From Thainema sp. (lineage in GTDB: Bacteria; Cyanobacteriota; Cyanobacteriia; Phormidesmidales; Phormidesmidaceae): a stretch of 64,000 nt of DNA. Of this stretch, positions 28,264 through 37,754 are shown in pieces. The stretch's first letter is position 1; the number at the start of each line of letters is the position of its first letter. The notes beneath the pieces are model-generated. The model saw only the letters and a program-made list of their open reading frames with translations, was not told the origin of the DNA and made no database searches. The DNA lies in NCBI GenBank assembly GCA_052168235.1, contig JBQLZK010000008.1:1-64000 (forward strand). Direction: 5' to 3'. The position numbers were made by a program, and so were the translations under genes.

Positions 28264-29535
28264 CTAAACCGGCAATCGTACCGAACCAAAGTTTGTGCTT
28301 AACGCCACATTGAGCGTTTCCAGCACGCGCACCAGCCATTCCACCGATTCTTGAGCAAACGTTTCGTAATGGCTAAATAGAATCGAGAAGCGCCGCTCTA
28401 GATAGGGCTTCACTTTTTGGCAGAGCAGCACGATCTTGAGCAGCAACCCAACCGTGCGGGCTGGCCCCAAATTACTAATTAGATCAATAAACAGGAAGTG
28501 CTGTGGGCTTTGGGGACTTTCAACAATCAGAAAGTTCAATAGTTGGCTGTAGGTACGCACTAGCAAGAAATCGCTCAGCGGTTTGCCGTCACTTTCGGGC
28601 ATCGTGTGTTCAAGTTGATCCACCAGTAGCTGATTGAATTGCCGTTTGCCATAAGCCGGATCAACCGAGGAGGTGATGTAGTCGTAGAGATCGCGCTTGA
28701 AGCTACCGTAGCTGCGGGTGTGTTGCGAATGAGTCAAAAAGCTCTGCGCCAAATCCCGATAGGTATGTTGACCATCGATCTTGCCGGAAAACTGTTTTAA
28801 TGACGCAACGAGATCGCGATCGCACAATAATGTGGGATTCTCGACCGGACGCAGGGTCTCAATGACCGCTGGCGATTGATGCTTCAGGCGCGAACGGCGA
28901 ATCCGATAGGTGACGTAATGAGACAAATCAATCTCGTACTGCTTTTGAACGCGATGCTGAAGTTTCTGAACCGTGTGTTGCTGGGCTTGAGTGCTGTCTT
29001 CGCTGAGCAAACAGTGTTCATAAAGATATGGATACCGACGAATCAAAACGCCTAACGGACGCTTCGCTTCGAAATGCTCCTCCTGTATTTCTCCTTCAAT
29101 GATGCGGGCAAGTCGCTTGAGCGTTAGGTACTGCTCCGTACGGGTGAAGTCATGCACCAGCGCTCGCACATTGCGTACGCCCTTGGAGCGCGAAAGTTCC
29201 GTAATTGGGCGGGTTGATTCTGCTTCAAATAGATCAATCAGTGCCGGAATAGCAACCTGTAGATGAGGTCTTGATTGCCAGCGGTTGATGAGGATGTGGC
29301 AGCAGCGGTTTAAAACGAAGCGGAACTCATTCTGGGACTGTTCAGATCTTGCAATCTCGTCCAGTGCCAGTACAACTTCGCGGTCAGGATAGCCGACTGC
29401 ATCGACAAATAACGATCGAAATCGCTCAATCAGCTCACTAGGTTCCTCTGCATTAACGCGTTCCATTAAATGCAGATAAAGCTGATCTTCCCCTGGAATA
29501 GGCGATCGATTATGGCGATACGTAGTAGTGCTCAC
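28264..29535 (-). CDS. Helical hypothetical protein (423 aa)
   Basis: Long ORF with GTG start after GGAG; no catalytic motif recognised. Confidence 0.8.
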   Translation of the reverse strand: MSTTTYRHNRSPIPGEDQLYLHLMERVNAEEPSELIERFRSLFVDAVGYPDREVVLALDEIARSEQSQNEFRFVLNRCCHILINRWQSRPHLQVAIPALIDLFEAESTRPITELSRSKGVRNVRALVHDFTRTEQYLTLKRLARIIEGEIQEEHFEAKRPLGVLIRRYPYLYEHCLLSEDSTQAQQHTVQKLQHRVQKQYEIDLSHYVTYRIRRSRLKHQSPAVIETLRPVENPTLLCDRDLVASLKQFSGKIDGQHTYRDLAQSFLTHSQHTRSYGSFKRDLYDYITSSVDPAYGKRQFNQLLVDQLEHTMPESDGKPLSDFLLVRTYSQLLNFLIVESPQSPQHFLFIDLISNLGPARTVGLLLKIVLLCQKVKPYLERRFSILFSHYETFAQESVEWLVRVLETLNVALSTNFGSVRLPV

Positions 29536-29844
29536 TTTCTACCCAACTCCATGCCCACTGATGTTGTAAATCCATCATGTTTCAAGCCTTCATGAGCATA
29601 ACCAAAATCCAGCGCCTCACTCAAATTCAGGCTGAAAGCTAAAAACTCAAACAACTCACAACACCTATCACAGCATCGCGGCAATCTGTACAAATCGATC
29701 ACCATTCCAGCTCAGGCGGAGTGAGTAAAAGGACGCTGAATCCTAGTCAAATAAACCCTAAAGCAAATATTGATTACGTCACAAAATATACAGTGTGCAC
29801 CCTTCTCTGTACATTAATCATACAAAGCAGACGCAACAATATCA

Positions 29845-29860
29845 TGTGACGCATGTCACC
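29845..29860. promoter_or_regulatory. Putative CRP (SyCRP1-type) site in a divergent promoter region
   Basis: TGTGA-CGCATG-TCACC versus TGTGA-N6-TCACA. Confidence 0.45.
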
Positions 29861-30227
29861 CACTTCGTGAACTTTCGATGAATTTTTTCAGTAGTAAGTG
29901 AGATTACTTACCACGCTTGATAGTCTACACTGCTTTGGTCTTTTGGGGAGGAGGGTCAGTCCCTTTTTTTGATCGTTTTCGGACAATTAATCGAAAAATT
30001 GAAATGATAATGGGCAAATTTACGGTTATTGAGCCGATCTCACGCTCATTCATCAATCGGAACTCGCTTTACGACTCTAAGTAAAGTTCACGAATCGAAA
30101 GCAGGTTTTCATCAGTTGGAGTATTTAACTCAAATAGCGGCGTCAACGAGCCACTTGAATTTCGGGTTTTCAACCCAGAATTCAAGTGAACACGGTATGC
30201 TCACTTTGGGGTTTTTGATGAGTTGCT

Positions 30228-31577
30228 ATGGTTTGCTCAGCATCGCTGCTACAGGTGATCACTGTACTCAACGCCTGTTCAGTACATATTCAGGACAAAG
30301 CCGTGTCGTTTCGCAACGTGACAACGGATACCCGCGAATTAAAGCCCGGTGATTTATTTGTGGCGCTGCGGGGCGAAAACTTTGATGGGCATCAGTTCGT
30401 CGATACTGCGATCGCAAATGGTGCGATCGCGGCTGTAGTTGAAGCCGATGGTGATTTTGGCGATCTGCCAGTTTTACAAGTTAGTAACACGCTCCAGGCA
30501 TACCAAGCAATTGCCCACTGGTGGCGACAGCAGTTTTCGATTCCAGTGATCGCGATTACCGGGTCAGTCGGCAAAACCACAACCAAAGAGCTGATCGCGG
30601 CAGTTCTGGGCACCCACGGCATGGTATTGAAAAGTGCGGCCAATTTCAACAACGAAATTGGTGTCCCTAAAACGCTGCTTCAGCTTGGTGCAGAGCATGA
30701 TTACGCTATCGTCGAAATGGGGATGCGCGGCAGGGGCGAGATTGCTCTACTGAGCCAAATTGCCGCTCCCGATATCGGCGTGATTACAAACGTAGGCACC
30801 GCGCATATCGGTCGGCTTGGCTCCGAACATGCGATCGCAGAAGCCAAATGTGAGCTACTGGCCGAAATGCCCAACAGCAGCCTTGCCATTTTGAACCATG
30901 ACAATGACCGTCTCATCCGCACGTCTCAAACCGTTTGGTCAGGCAAGACCGTTACCTACGGTTTAACTGGGGGTGATCTTCAGGGACAGCTTAACGAGGC
31001 TGACCAAACGCTAACAGTCGAAGGTGTAACGCTGCCGCTGCCGCTACCAGGTGAACACAATGCTCTCAATTACTTAGCAGCTCTAGCTGTGGCTAAAGCT
31101 TTAAACCTCAGTTGGCAACCCCTCGCTCAAGGTGTTGACGTAGATTTACCGAGTGGGCGCGCCAAGCGGCATGTTTTATCGAACGATATTGTGCTGCTAG
31201 ACGAAACCTACAATGCAGGCGTCGAATCAATGCAGGCTGCCCTAAAATTGTTGGCGTCTATCGACGGGACGCGTCGCATTGCGGTTCTCGGCACGATGAA
31301 GGAACTGGGGGAACATTCCGTCATGCTCCATCACCGAGTGGGGCAGTGGGTTAACGATCTAAAATTAGATGCGCTGATGACTTTGGCTGATGAAGCTGAA
31401 GCACAGGCAATGGCGGAAGGGGCTGCTCCTGTTTCGACTCAGCAGTTTACGAACCACCAAGATTTGATAAACGCGCTGAAGTCCGAGATGCGCCAGGGCG
31501 ATCGCATTTTGTTCAAAGCATCACGGGCGGTGGCATTGGATCAAGTAGTGGAGGGAATTTTGAAGAGTGAAGAGTGA
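30228..31577 (+). CDS. murF: UDP-MurNAc-tripeptide--D-Ala-D-Ala ligase
   Basis: TDTR, GENFDGH, ITGSVGKTTTKE, NFNNEIGVP, EMGM, DETYNA, KASR. Confidence 0.96.
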   Translation: MVCSASLLQVITVLNACSVHIQDKAVSFRNVTTDTRELKPGDLFVALRGENFDGHQFVDTAIANGAIAAVVEADGDFGDLPVLQVSNTLQAYQAIAHWWRQQFSIPVIAITGSVGKTTTKELIAAVLGTHGMVLKSAANFNNEIGVPKTLLQLGAEHDYAIVEMGMRGRGEIALLSQIAAPDIGVITNVGTAHIGRLGSEHAIAEAKCELLAEMPNSSLAILNHDNDRLIRTSQTVWSGKTVTYGLTGGDLQGQLNEADQTLTVEGVTLPLPLPGEHNALNYLAALAVAKALNLSWQPLAQGVDVDLPSGRAKRHVLSNDIVLLDETYNAGVESMQAALKLLASIDGTRRIAVLGTMKELGEHSVMLHHRVGQWVNDLKLDALMTLADEAEAQAMAEGAAPVSTQQFTNHQDLINALKSEMRQGDRILFKASRAVALDQVVEGILKSEE

Positions 31578-31627
31578 GGAGCAAAAGGGCTGTCAAGGTC
31601 TTAGAAAGCTATAAAGGTTTGTAAAGG

Positions 31628-31662
31628 ACTCAGTCCTCAGCACTCAGCACTTAGTCCTCAGC
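31628..31662. repeat. Heptamer short tandem repeat (STRR-like), five units
   Basis: actcagt cctcagc actcagc acttagt cctcagc. Confidence 0.75.
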
Positions 31663-31711
31663 GCTTACCTGGCCAGGAACGACAATCAAGGATTGTAGAG
31701 GGTTTAGAGAC

Positions 31712-32491
31712 ATGTCACTTGGACGGATTTGGGTGATCGCCAGCAATGTGTTTCGCGAAACGATTCGCGATCGCATTTTGTATCTAGTGGGCTTATTTGC
31801 CATTGTTTTTCTATTAGCGTTGTTATTGCTGCCCAGCGTCGCCGCTTCGACAGAAGACAAAATTCTGTTGGATGTGGGATTAGCTGGAATTACGTTGATT
31901 GGTTTAGTCGTGTCGGTCTTTGTCGGGACGGGGCTAATTAACAAGGAAATTGAAAAGCGAACGGTTTTAGTGCTGCTGGCTAAGCCAGTGAGTCGCAGCG
32001 AGTTTATTCTAGGCAAGCATCTGGGCTTAACGGCTGTGATTGCGGTACTGCTGGCGTTGATGGCGGCGATTTACCTTGGCGGTCTGTACTGGCAAAACAT
32101 CGCTTTTCCGCTGGAGAGTATTGCGATATCACTCTTGTTTCTGCTGCTGGAATTGTCGCTAATTATTGCCGTGGCGCTGCTGTTTGGCTCTACGATGAGT
32201 TCACTATTGGCTTCGCTGCTGACGTTTGCCATTTATTTAGTGGGGCATTTTAGCCAAGACTTAGTCCGGCTTGGTCAGCTCAGCGAGCAAGCGGACATTC
32301 AGCGCATCACCAACAGTATTTATCTGATACTGCCTGATTTATCGCGACTCGATTTAAAGAATTTGGCCGTTTACGGCATGGATGCGCTGCCTTCGACCGC
32401 TAATCTATTGCTCAATGTCGCCTACGGCTTTCTTTACATGATTGTGCTGTTGTGTCTATCGACGCTGATCTTTCTGCGCCGGCAGTTTTGA
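31712..32491 (+). CDS. ABC-2 type transporter permease
   Basis: FRETIRDR, EIEKRTVLVLLAKPVSRSEFILGK, about six TM helices. Confidence 0.88.
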   Translation: MSLGRIWVIASNVFRETIRDRILYLVGLFAIVFLLALLLLPSVAASTEDKILLDVGLAGITLIGLVVSVFVGTGLINKEIEKRTVLVLLAKPVSRSEFILGKHLGLTAVIAVLLALMAAIYLGGLYWQNIAFPLESIAISLLFLLLELSLIIAVALLFGSTMSSLLASLLTFAIYLVGHFSQDLVRLGQLSEQADIQRITNSIYLILPDLSRLDLKNLAVYGMDALPSTANLLLNVAYGFLYMIVLLCLSTLIFLRRQF

Positions 32492-34295
32492 TTGTCGGAA
32501 GATTCAAAATTGGATATTTAATATCGCCCCAGGTTTTGCCTGAGGTGATTTGTTTTTGCACAAATTGGTCTGCTGCTGTGGCGCTGATGATTACCTGTGC
32601 CGGGGCAAGCTGGCCCAGCAGTCGTGCATGGTGATAGTGGGGGGATTGGCAAAGGGCGCGGTCGAGTGCCGCTGCGATCGCAGGTTCTGTATCCTTAGCC
32701 TGATCGACTAGTAACTGATAAAACGGGGTTGCCGCTTCTCCCTCAACTGCTGGAACAACAGGCGTTAAGGTCTTAAATGTAGCGGTTTGCATCGGCAGCG
32801 TCGCCAGCACCTCGCGCACAAAATCCTCTGTCAGCTTTTCGCCCACCAAGTCGCTAATTGCGCCGCTGCGACCTAAAAATTCTAGGCAAGGCGTTTTGTG
32901 AAAGTAATGCGTGACTCGCACCCGATCGCCAATGCGGTAGCGGTACAGCCCGCCTTTCTGCGAAATGATAATGGTATACATTTGGCCAACTTCTAGCTCA
33001 TGCAGTTGATAGATCGCGTCTGTCTCATGCTCAAATTCAAAAAAGATCTGGTCTAAAACTGGCACAAAGCCCTGCGCTTGAATCAATGGAATCGTCATTG
33101 GTGCTTCCGTCGCTAGTAACCCTTTGCCCTGCACCAATACGCCCGTAAACTGCTGCCTCAGCCAGTTTGCCGAATCCGCAGAGCTGGCGCTGTCCCAGCA
33201 GGAAATCAGCTTCAGTTCCGGCCAAACCTTTGTCCAGGGAATGGGCGTTTGGTTGAGCAGTTTGAGTCGCTGAGGGGAAGTGCGATCGCACAATTCTTTT
33301 ACTAGCACATCTCGATGCGCCTGCATCCAGTCCAGATGAACTTTCAGAAAGCTCGGACTCCAAATTGAAATAATCTCTAACCGCTCCTCGGCGAGTAACG
33401 TCCGGCAAAGCTGGTGTTTGAACGTTTTCGCATCTTGAATCCGGTTGATTCCCTGCGGAGAAACTAGGAATGGCGACAGTATCCAGCGCAGCCATTGGTC
33501 TAGATATTCAGAATCGTCAGAAAGGCCCATTTGGGGCGGTTGGCCCTCATCCCCCAGCCCCTTCTCTCGCCGGGAGAAGGGGAGCCGAGCAATGGCTTCG
33601 GAACTTTTTTGCAAAAACCGACTCAAAGTCCCTCGACTCGTAGACTGCTTGCACACAAATTTCTTAGACTTCGTTTCGACATTGTGATCCCCCCTAGCCC
33701 CCCTTAACAAGGGGGGGACTGGCTCACAATTCCCCCTTGTTAAGGGGGATTTAGGGGGATCAGTTCGGGATTTAGAAGAATTATTCAAGATGTGTATAAG
33801 CGGCAGCTCTGGGGGAGAGGAATTTAGGGTGAGGGCCACCTCGTCCGTCTTACCCAACTGTGGCGACACGCAGAAGTAAATCTTCCCGGTGCGAAACCGA
33901 GGGCCATTGCAGATTAAATCCTGTGCCCAAACGCAGAACATGTGACTAAACGACTGGCGCAATGCCTGCGTATAGGGAATTAGCTTAGCTGCCCCGCGAC
34001 TACCAGAGGTTTTCTCGTAGAACAAAATTGGCTCAGGTGTCAGCCCGTTGTGCCGTTGATTCAACGTCGGCAAAATCCAATCGTGAAGATCGTCATAGTC
34101 CACAATCGGCAGCTTGTCCCAATCGTGAATGGATTGAATGCCCCAAGTTTGACCGTACGGACTATGGATGATGCGATCGCAGATCTCCTGCTGCACTCGT
34201 CGCTGTGCCTGTTGGGGATCATCCAGCGCTTGATAAAATGGCCGCGTCAGCCGTGAAAGTAACCATCCAAACAGTTGAATAATCAGTCGTTGCAT
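32412..34295 (-). CDS. GH3-family acyl-adenylate/amide ligase carrying a ~98-aa repeat-derived insertion
   Basis: EKTSGSRG...K.IPYT, GLLATE, GGLYRYRIGD, FLGR, GEKL motifs. Confidence 0.88.
   Translation of the reverse strand: MQRLIIQLFGWLLSRLTRPFYQALDDPQQAQRRVQQEICDRIIHSPYGQTWGIQSIHDWDKLPIVDYDDLHDWILPTLNQRHNGLTPEPILFYEKTSGSRGAAKLIPYTQALRQSFSHMFCVWAQDLICNGPRFRTGKIYFCVSPQLGKTDEVALTLNSSPPELPLIHILNNSSKSRTDPPKSPLTRGNCEPVPPLLRGARGDHNVETKSKKFVCKQSTSRGTLSRFLQKSSEAIARLPFSRREKGLGDEGQPPQMGLSDDSEYLDQWLRWILSPFLVSPQGINRIQDAKTFKHQLCRTLLAEERLEIISIWSPSFLKVHLDWMQAHRDVLVKELCDRTSPQRLKLLNQTPIPWTKVWPELKLISCWDSASSADSANWLRQQFTGVLVQGKGLLATEAPMTIPLIQAQGFVPVLDQIFFEFEHETDAIYQLHELEVGQMYTIIISQKGGLYRYRIGDRVRVTHYFHKTPCLEFLGRSGAISDLVGEKLTEDFVREVLATLPMQTATFKTLTPVVPAVEGEAATPFYQLLVDQAKDTEPAIAAALDRALCQSPHYHHARLLGQLAPAQVIISATAADQFVQKQITSGKTWGDIKYPILNLPTIKTAGAERSASIDTTAQSCKESRRRH
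33541..33838. mobile_element. Nested palindromic mini-elements inserted in frame in the GH3 gene
   Basis: Outer tggccctcatccccc...gggtgagggcca; inner ~33636-33806 with ctgcttgcacaca/tgtgtataagcgg ends around gatcccccctagcccccctt...aagggggatttagggggatc. Confidence 0.85.
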
Positions 34296-34448
34296 AGCGT
34301 TAGGCAGGATCGATTGGAACCGTTCTGCTTCACAATGAAATTAACTTGTCGTTGATCGGCAGCAGATTGAGTTATCCCATCTACGCTAGCCTGGTTAACT
34401 CGATCAAATAGAGGTAAGCAGCCAGATTGACCAACTGCACATGTTTGA

Positions 34449-34553
34449 TAAGTACTTGGACATAATTAAAAAACAGATCTCAAATCCTGTGCCGTCCGCG
34501 CAGCGGGCGGCACAGGATTTGAGGTTTTATGTTTAACTATGCTCAGCTACTTA
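34449..34553. mobile_element. 105-bp MITE-like element with an internal 21-bp hairpin
   Basis: Imperfect TIRs taagtacttggacataattaaa / tttaactatgctcagctactta; stem 34479-34523. Confidence 0.7.
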
Positions 34554-34557
34554 ATTC

Positions 34558-34662
34558 TTAGGAACATGAATTTAATCAGGTGAAATCTTTGGGGTAGGGA
34601 CACGGCATTGCCGTGTCCCTACGGATGGAATGATTGACAGGCTATTTAATTCACGATCCTTA
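34558..34662. mobile_element. 105-bp MITE-like element carrying a GTAG-type REP palindrome
   Basis: TTA at both ends; ggaacatgaatt / aattcacgatcc TIRs; GTAGGGACACGGCA-T-TGCCGTGTCCCTAC at 34594-34622. Confidence 0.7.
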
Positions 34663-34750
34663 GCGGTTTAATGATCTTTGTTGTGTGGCCAATTCATACA
34701 GCAAAAATCATGACCTGAAACCATTACCTTGAGGCACGATTTAGGCATTT

Positions 34751-36067
34751 ATGCAGCGCAAATTTCTAATTCCAGCAGTTGCGGTTAGCATTGTTGCCGC
34801 GCTCGGCTTTGCCGCTAAATTTGTGCATGATCAAAACCGCGTTTACGTGCTGGAAATTGCCACTGCTAGCCGCGATGGGGAATATTACGCCTTTAGTCAG
34901 GCACTGGCCGAAGTTGCCAATCTCTATCAGCCTCGGCTGCGGATTAAAGTGATTGAAACTGCAGGTTCCGTCGAAAACATGGAGCTGCTGCGTCGCCACC
35001 AGGTTGATCTGGCCATTGTGCAGAGCGATACGTCTGTCGCCCCTCAGGTGCGGGGCGTCGCGGGCCTATTCCCGGAAGTGTTTCACCTGATTGCGGCCTC
35101 TGATGCTGGCATTGAGCGGGTTGTTGATCTACGCGGCAAACGAGTGGCACTGATGCCAGAAGGCAGCGGTTCCTATGCGCTGTTTTGGGAAATTGCTCAT
35201 CACTATGGTTTAACTGAAGCTGATATTGACTACACCGCCATGTCGGCGGCAGAGGCCCAATCCGCCTTTGAGCAAGGACAAGTGGATGCCATTTCCCGCA
35301 TTATCGCTTTAGGGAATTCTTCAGTGCGATCGCTGTTGCAAACGACTGAGGCTCAGTTTGTGCCGCTCGATCAAGCCGAAGCTGTGCAAATCATGCTGCC
35401 CTATTTGGAACCGATGAGCATCCCGAAAGGTGCCTATGTTGGCGCACCTTCAATCCCAGCCCAAAATTTACCAACCGTTTCAGTGCGGGCCTTATTAGTC
35501 GCCCATGAAGACGTTGATCCGGTGCTGATTCGGCAGTTGACTAGCTTGCTGTATGACTATCGTAGTGAACTCATTGATCGAAATCCTCGCGCCGCATCCA
35601 TTAGCGTTCCAGACTCGATGCTCAACTTGGGATTACCGCTACATGAGGGAGCTAGAGATTACTTTACACAGGATGAACCCAACTTTGTCGTGCGCTATGC
35701 GGAGGCATTGGGTTTTCTGCTGTCGGTTTCGGTACTGTTAGGGTCAGGACTCTGGCAGTTGCGCTTTAGCCTCACTCAGCGCCAGAAAAATCGAGCCGAT
35801 ATGTACAATTTGGAAATTTTGGCCTTGATTGAGCAAGTGTATGAAACTGATGATCCCGACAAGCTGGAAGTCATCCGCCGACAGCTGTTTGATATTCTCC
35901 AGAAAGTCGTGGACGATCTTGACCTTGATCGCATCACTCCTGAATCGTTCCAGTCATTTACCTTTCCGTGGGATGTAGCGATTACGACCATCCGCCATCG
36001 AGAGACGCTACTCAATCAGAAGTCTTTAACCAGTTCAGAAGATGCACCTGCTAACCCCAAAGCTTGA
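34751..36067 (+). CDS. TAXI-family TRAP solute receptor with an extra C-terminal TM and helical domain
   Basis: IATASRDGEYY, ETAGSVEN, DLAIVQSD, EGSGS, PLHEGA..Y. Confidence 0.85.
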   Translation: MQRKFLIPAVAVSIVAALGFAAKFVHDQNRVYVLEIATASRDGEYYAFSQALAEVANLYQPRLRIKVIETAGSVENMELLRRHQVDLAIVQSDTSVAPQVRGVAGLFPEVFHLIAASDAGIERVVDLRGKRVALMPEGSGSYALFWEIAHHYGLTEADIDYTAMSAAEAQSAFEQGQVDAISRIIALGNSSVRSLLQTTEAQFVPLDQAEAVQIMLPYLEPMSIPKGAYVGAPSIPAQNLPTVSVRALLVAHEDVDPVLIRQLTSLLYDYRSELIDRNPRAASISVPDSMLNLGLPLHEGARDYFTQDEPNFVVRYAEALGFLLSVSVLLGSGLWQLRFSLTQRQKNRADMYNLEILALIEQVYETDDPDKLEVIRRQLFDILQKVVDDLDLDRITPESFQSFTFPWDVAITTIRHRETLLNQKSLTSSEDAPANPKA

Positions 36068-36155
36068 GCTATATCTGAAACAGAAAAAGAGACGCCACAG
36101 CTGCGTCTCTTTGGCAAGGTTATGATTACAGGACAGCAGTCAAGTTGTTCTAGCT

Positions 36156-36395
36156 TTAGTAAAACCCACACCGAATCTGGTACCACTGACCGTTAGCATC
36201 TCGACAGTAATAGCAGCCATCCCACCAAACACAGGCATCGTAGCCAGCGACAAAGTTTTCGGAATTCATCAAGTCGGCTACGTCATCACGACGATCTTCG
36301 GCGGAAGGTTTACGTAGCTCTTGCTCAAGACGGCTCTTTAGCTCATCTGAAACAGGTTGCAGCGCTGAAAACATTTGAAAATCTGAACTCATCAA
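36156..36395 (-). CDS. Small protein with an acidic N-part and a Cys/Trp/Tyr-rich C-terminus
   Basis: Ends in ACVWWDGCYYCRDANGQWYQIRCGFY; stand-alone ORF in its own intergenic space. Confidence 0.7.
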   Translation of the reverse strand: MMSSDFQMFSALQPVSDELKSRLEQELRKPSAEDRRDDVADLMNSENFVAGYDACVWWDGCYYCRDANGQWYQIRCGFY

Positions 36396-36718
36396 TTATG
36401 TTTAATTATGATTTGATTATTTCAGTTCAACGCCTCAATGTCGTTGTAAAGACTTTGTATCTGAAATAACTTTTAAAGAAAACCCCGATCCCATGAAAGT
36501 TTTGTGTAATTGCCGCCGCACAATCGTCCTGCGCAACGATCGCCTCAAGCTCTAGTAATTGGTCAACTTGAATCTGATGGGTTTTGGGTTGATAGGTCGC
36601 GTGGAGTGCGGTATGTCAACTAGCAAAACTAGAGTTGACACAGTACTAGATTGATGGTGATTTGGGGCATGCTAAGAGCAGCCAGATCACGTTACTCGTA
36701 GGCGGGTCAAAATTTTTT

Positions 36719-37450
36719 ATGAAATTGCCTCCGGCTTGGCAACTGCCTCCAGAAATCAAGAATCGTTTTGGGCAAAAAAGTTCCGGTAAACAGCGGGCGA
36801 TGGTTGCTCAGGGGCACTTGCTGCTCGTGCTGCATAAGGTGCCGCAGCCAGGGGAACAGCAGCGAATTGGTACCTTTTTTTGGCGTAAACCCGACGGTAG
36901 TTGGGAACACAGCGGCGGCGGTATTGGTGTTCAAACCCTGGTGAAGCACCTACGCGAGTATGAGCAGGTTGAAAATCAGCTCAGTCGTCTATATGAAGAG
37001 GCTGACAGCGCAGACGACTACTTTGAGCTGTTGGAAGCCATGTCCCCAGTGCGGCGATCGGCGCGCAATCTGCATTCCACCCTGCAATCGGCCCGCGAAG
37101 GCATCCCCTGCGATCGCGACATCATCGATTTGCGCGACTGGGCCTATGAGCTAGAGCGCACCTTGGATTTGCTCTATGAGAATACAAAAAACGCGCTGGA
37201 TTTTCGCATGGCTCAACGGGCGGAGGAACAAGCTTACCTGACGCTTCAGTCGGTTAATGCAAGTCATCGACTAAACGTTTTGGCCGCCATCTTTTTCCCC
37301 TTAACAGCAGTGTCCTGCGTGTTCGGTATGAATCTGACTAGTGGATTAGAAGACAACTCGATCCTGACATTTTGGATAACGTTGGCATTTGCTGTAGCGC
37401 TGGGTTTATGGGTTCGTCGCTGGGTTACAACAGGAAAATGGCTGTCATAA
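36719..37450 (+). CDS. CorA-like divalent cation transporter (short form)
   Basis: RLNVLAAIFFPLT...FGMN followed by a second TM helix; ATG at 36719. Confidence 0.8.
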   Translation: MKLPPAWQLPPEIKNRFGQKSSGKQRAMVAQGHLLLVLHKVPQPGEQQRIGTFFWRKPDGSWEHSGGGIGVQTLVKHLREYEQVENQLSRLYEEADSADDYFELLEAMSPVRRSARNLHSTLQSAREGIPCDRDIIDLRDWAYELERTLDLLYENTKNALDFRMAQRAEEQAYLTLQSVNASHRLNVLAAIFFPLTAVSCVFGMNLTSGLEDNSILTFWITLAFAVALGLWVRRWVTTGKWLS

Positions 37451-37561
37451 TTATGCTGTAATGCTGATACAGTCTGCGATATGGAATCTCACTAGAAAGC
37501 TGCCGAATGATGTTTGGAATCTGATTGGTGGATTTGCATGAGACGTGATTTCTGTATCTAT

Positions 37562-37651
37562 TAGACTTTATCGGAAATTGTTTTGTAGCGCGGCTTCGCC
37601 GCGCTACAAAACAATTTCCAACCCCAAAAACTTTATTTCCAATAAAGTCTA
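37562..37651. mobile_element. 90-bp MITE-like element with 17-bp TIRs and a 22-bp hairpin
   Basis: tagactttatcggaaat / atttccaataaagtcta (one mismatch); stem 37573-37619 with loop ttc. Confidence 0.8.
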
Positions 37652-37754
37652 TTACTTGTAGCTAGCTATTGAATCCATCACTCGGCAGCCCAAGAAACGT
37701 ATTAGACGACCAAAACTCATTAGAATCGAGAGATCAACGTCATTTTTGCGGTGC

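Noticed and set aside
33541..33838. GH3 insertion as an intein or self-splicing intron
   Set aside because: No C/S...HN intein ends and no group I/II intron features; fully explained by palindromic DNA repeats
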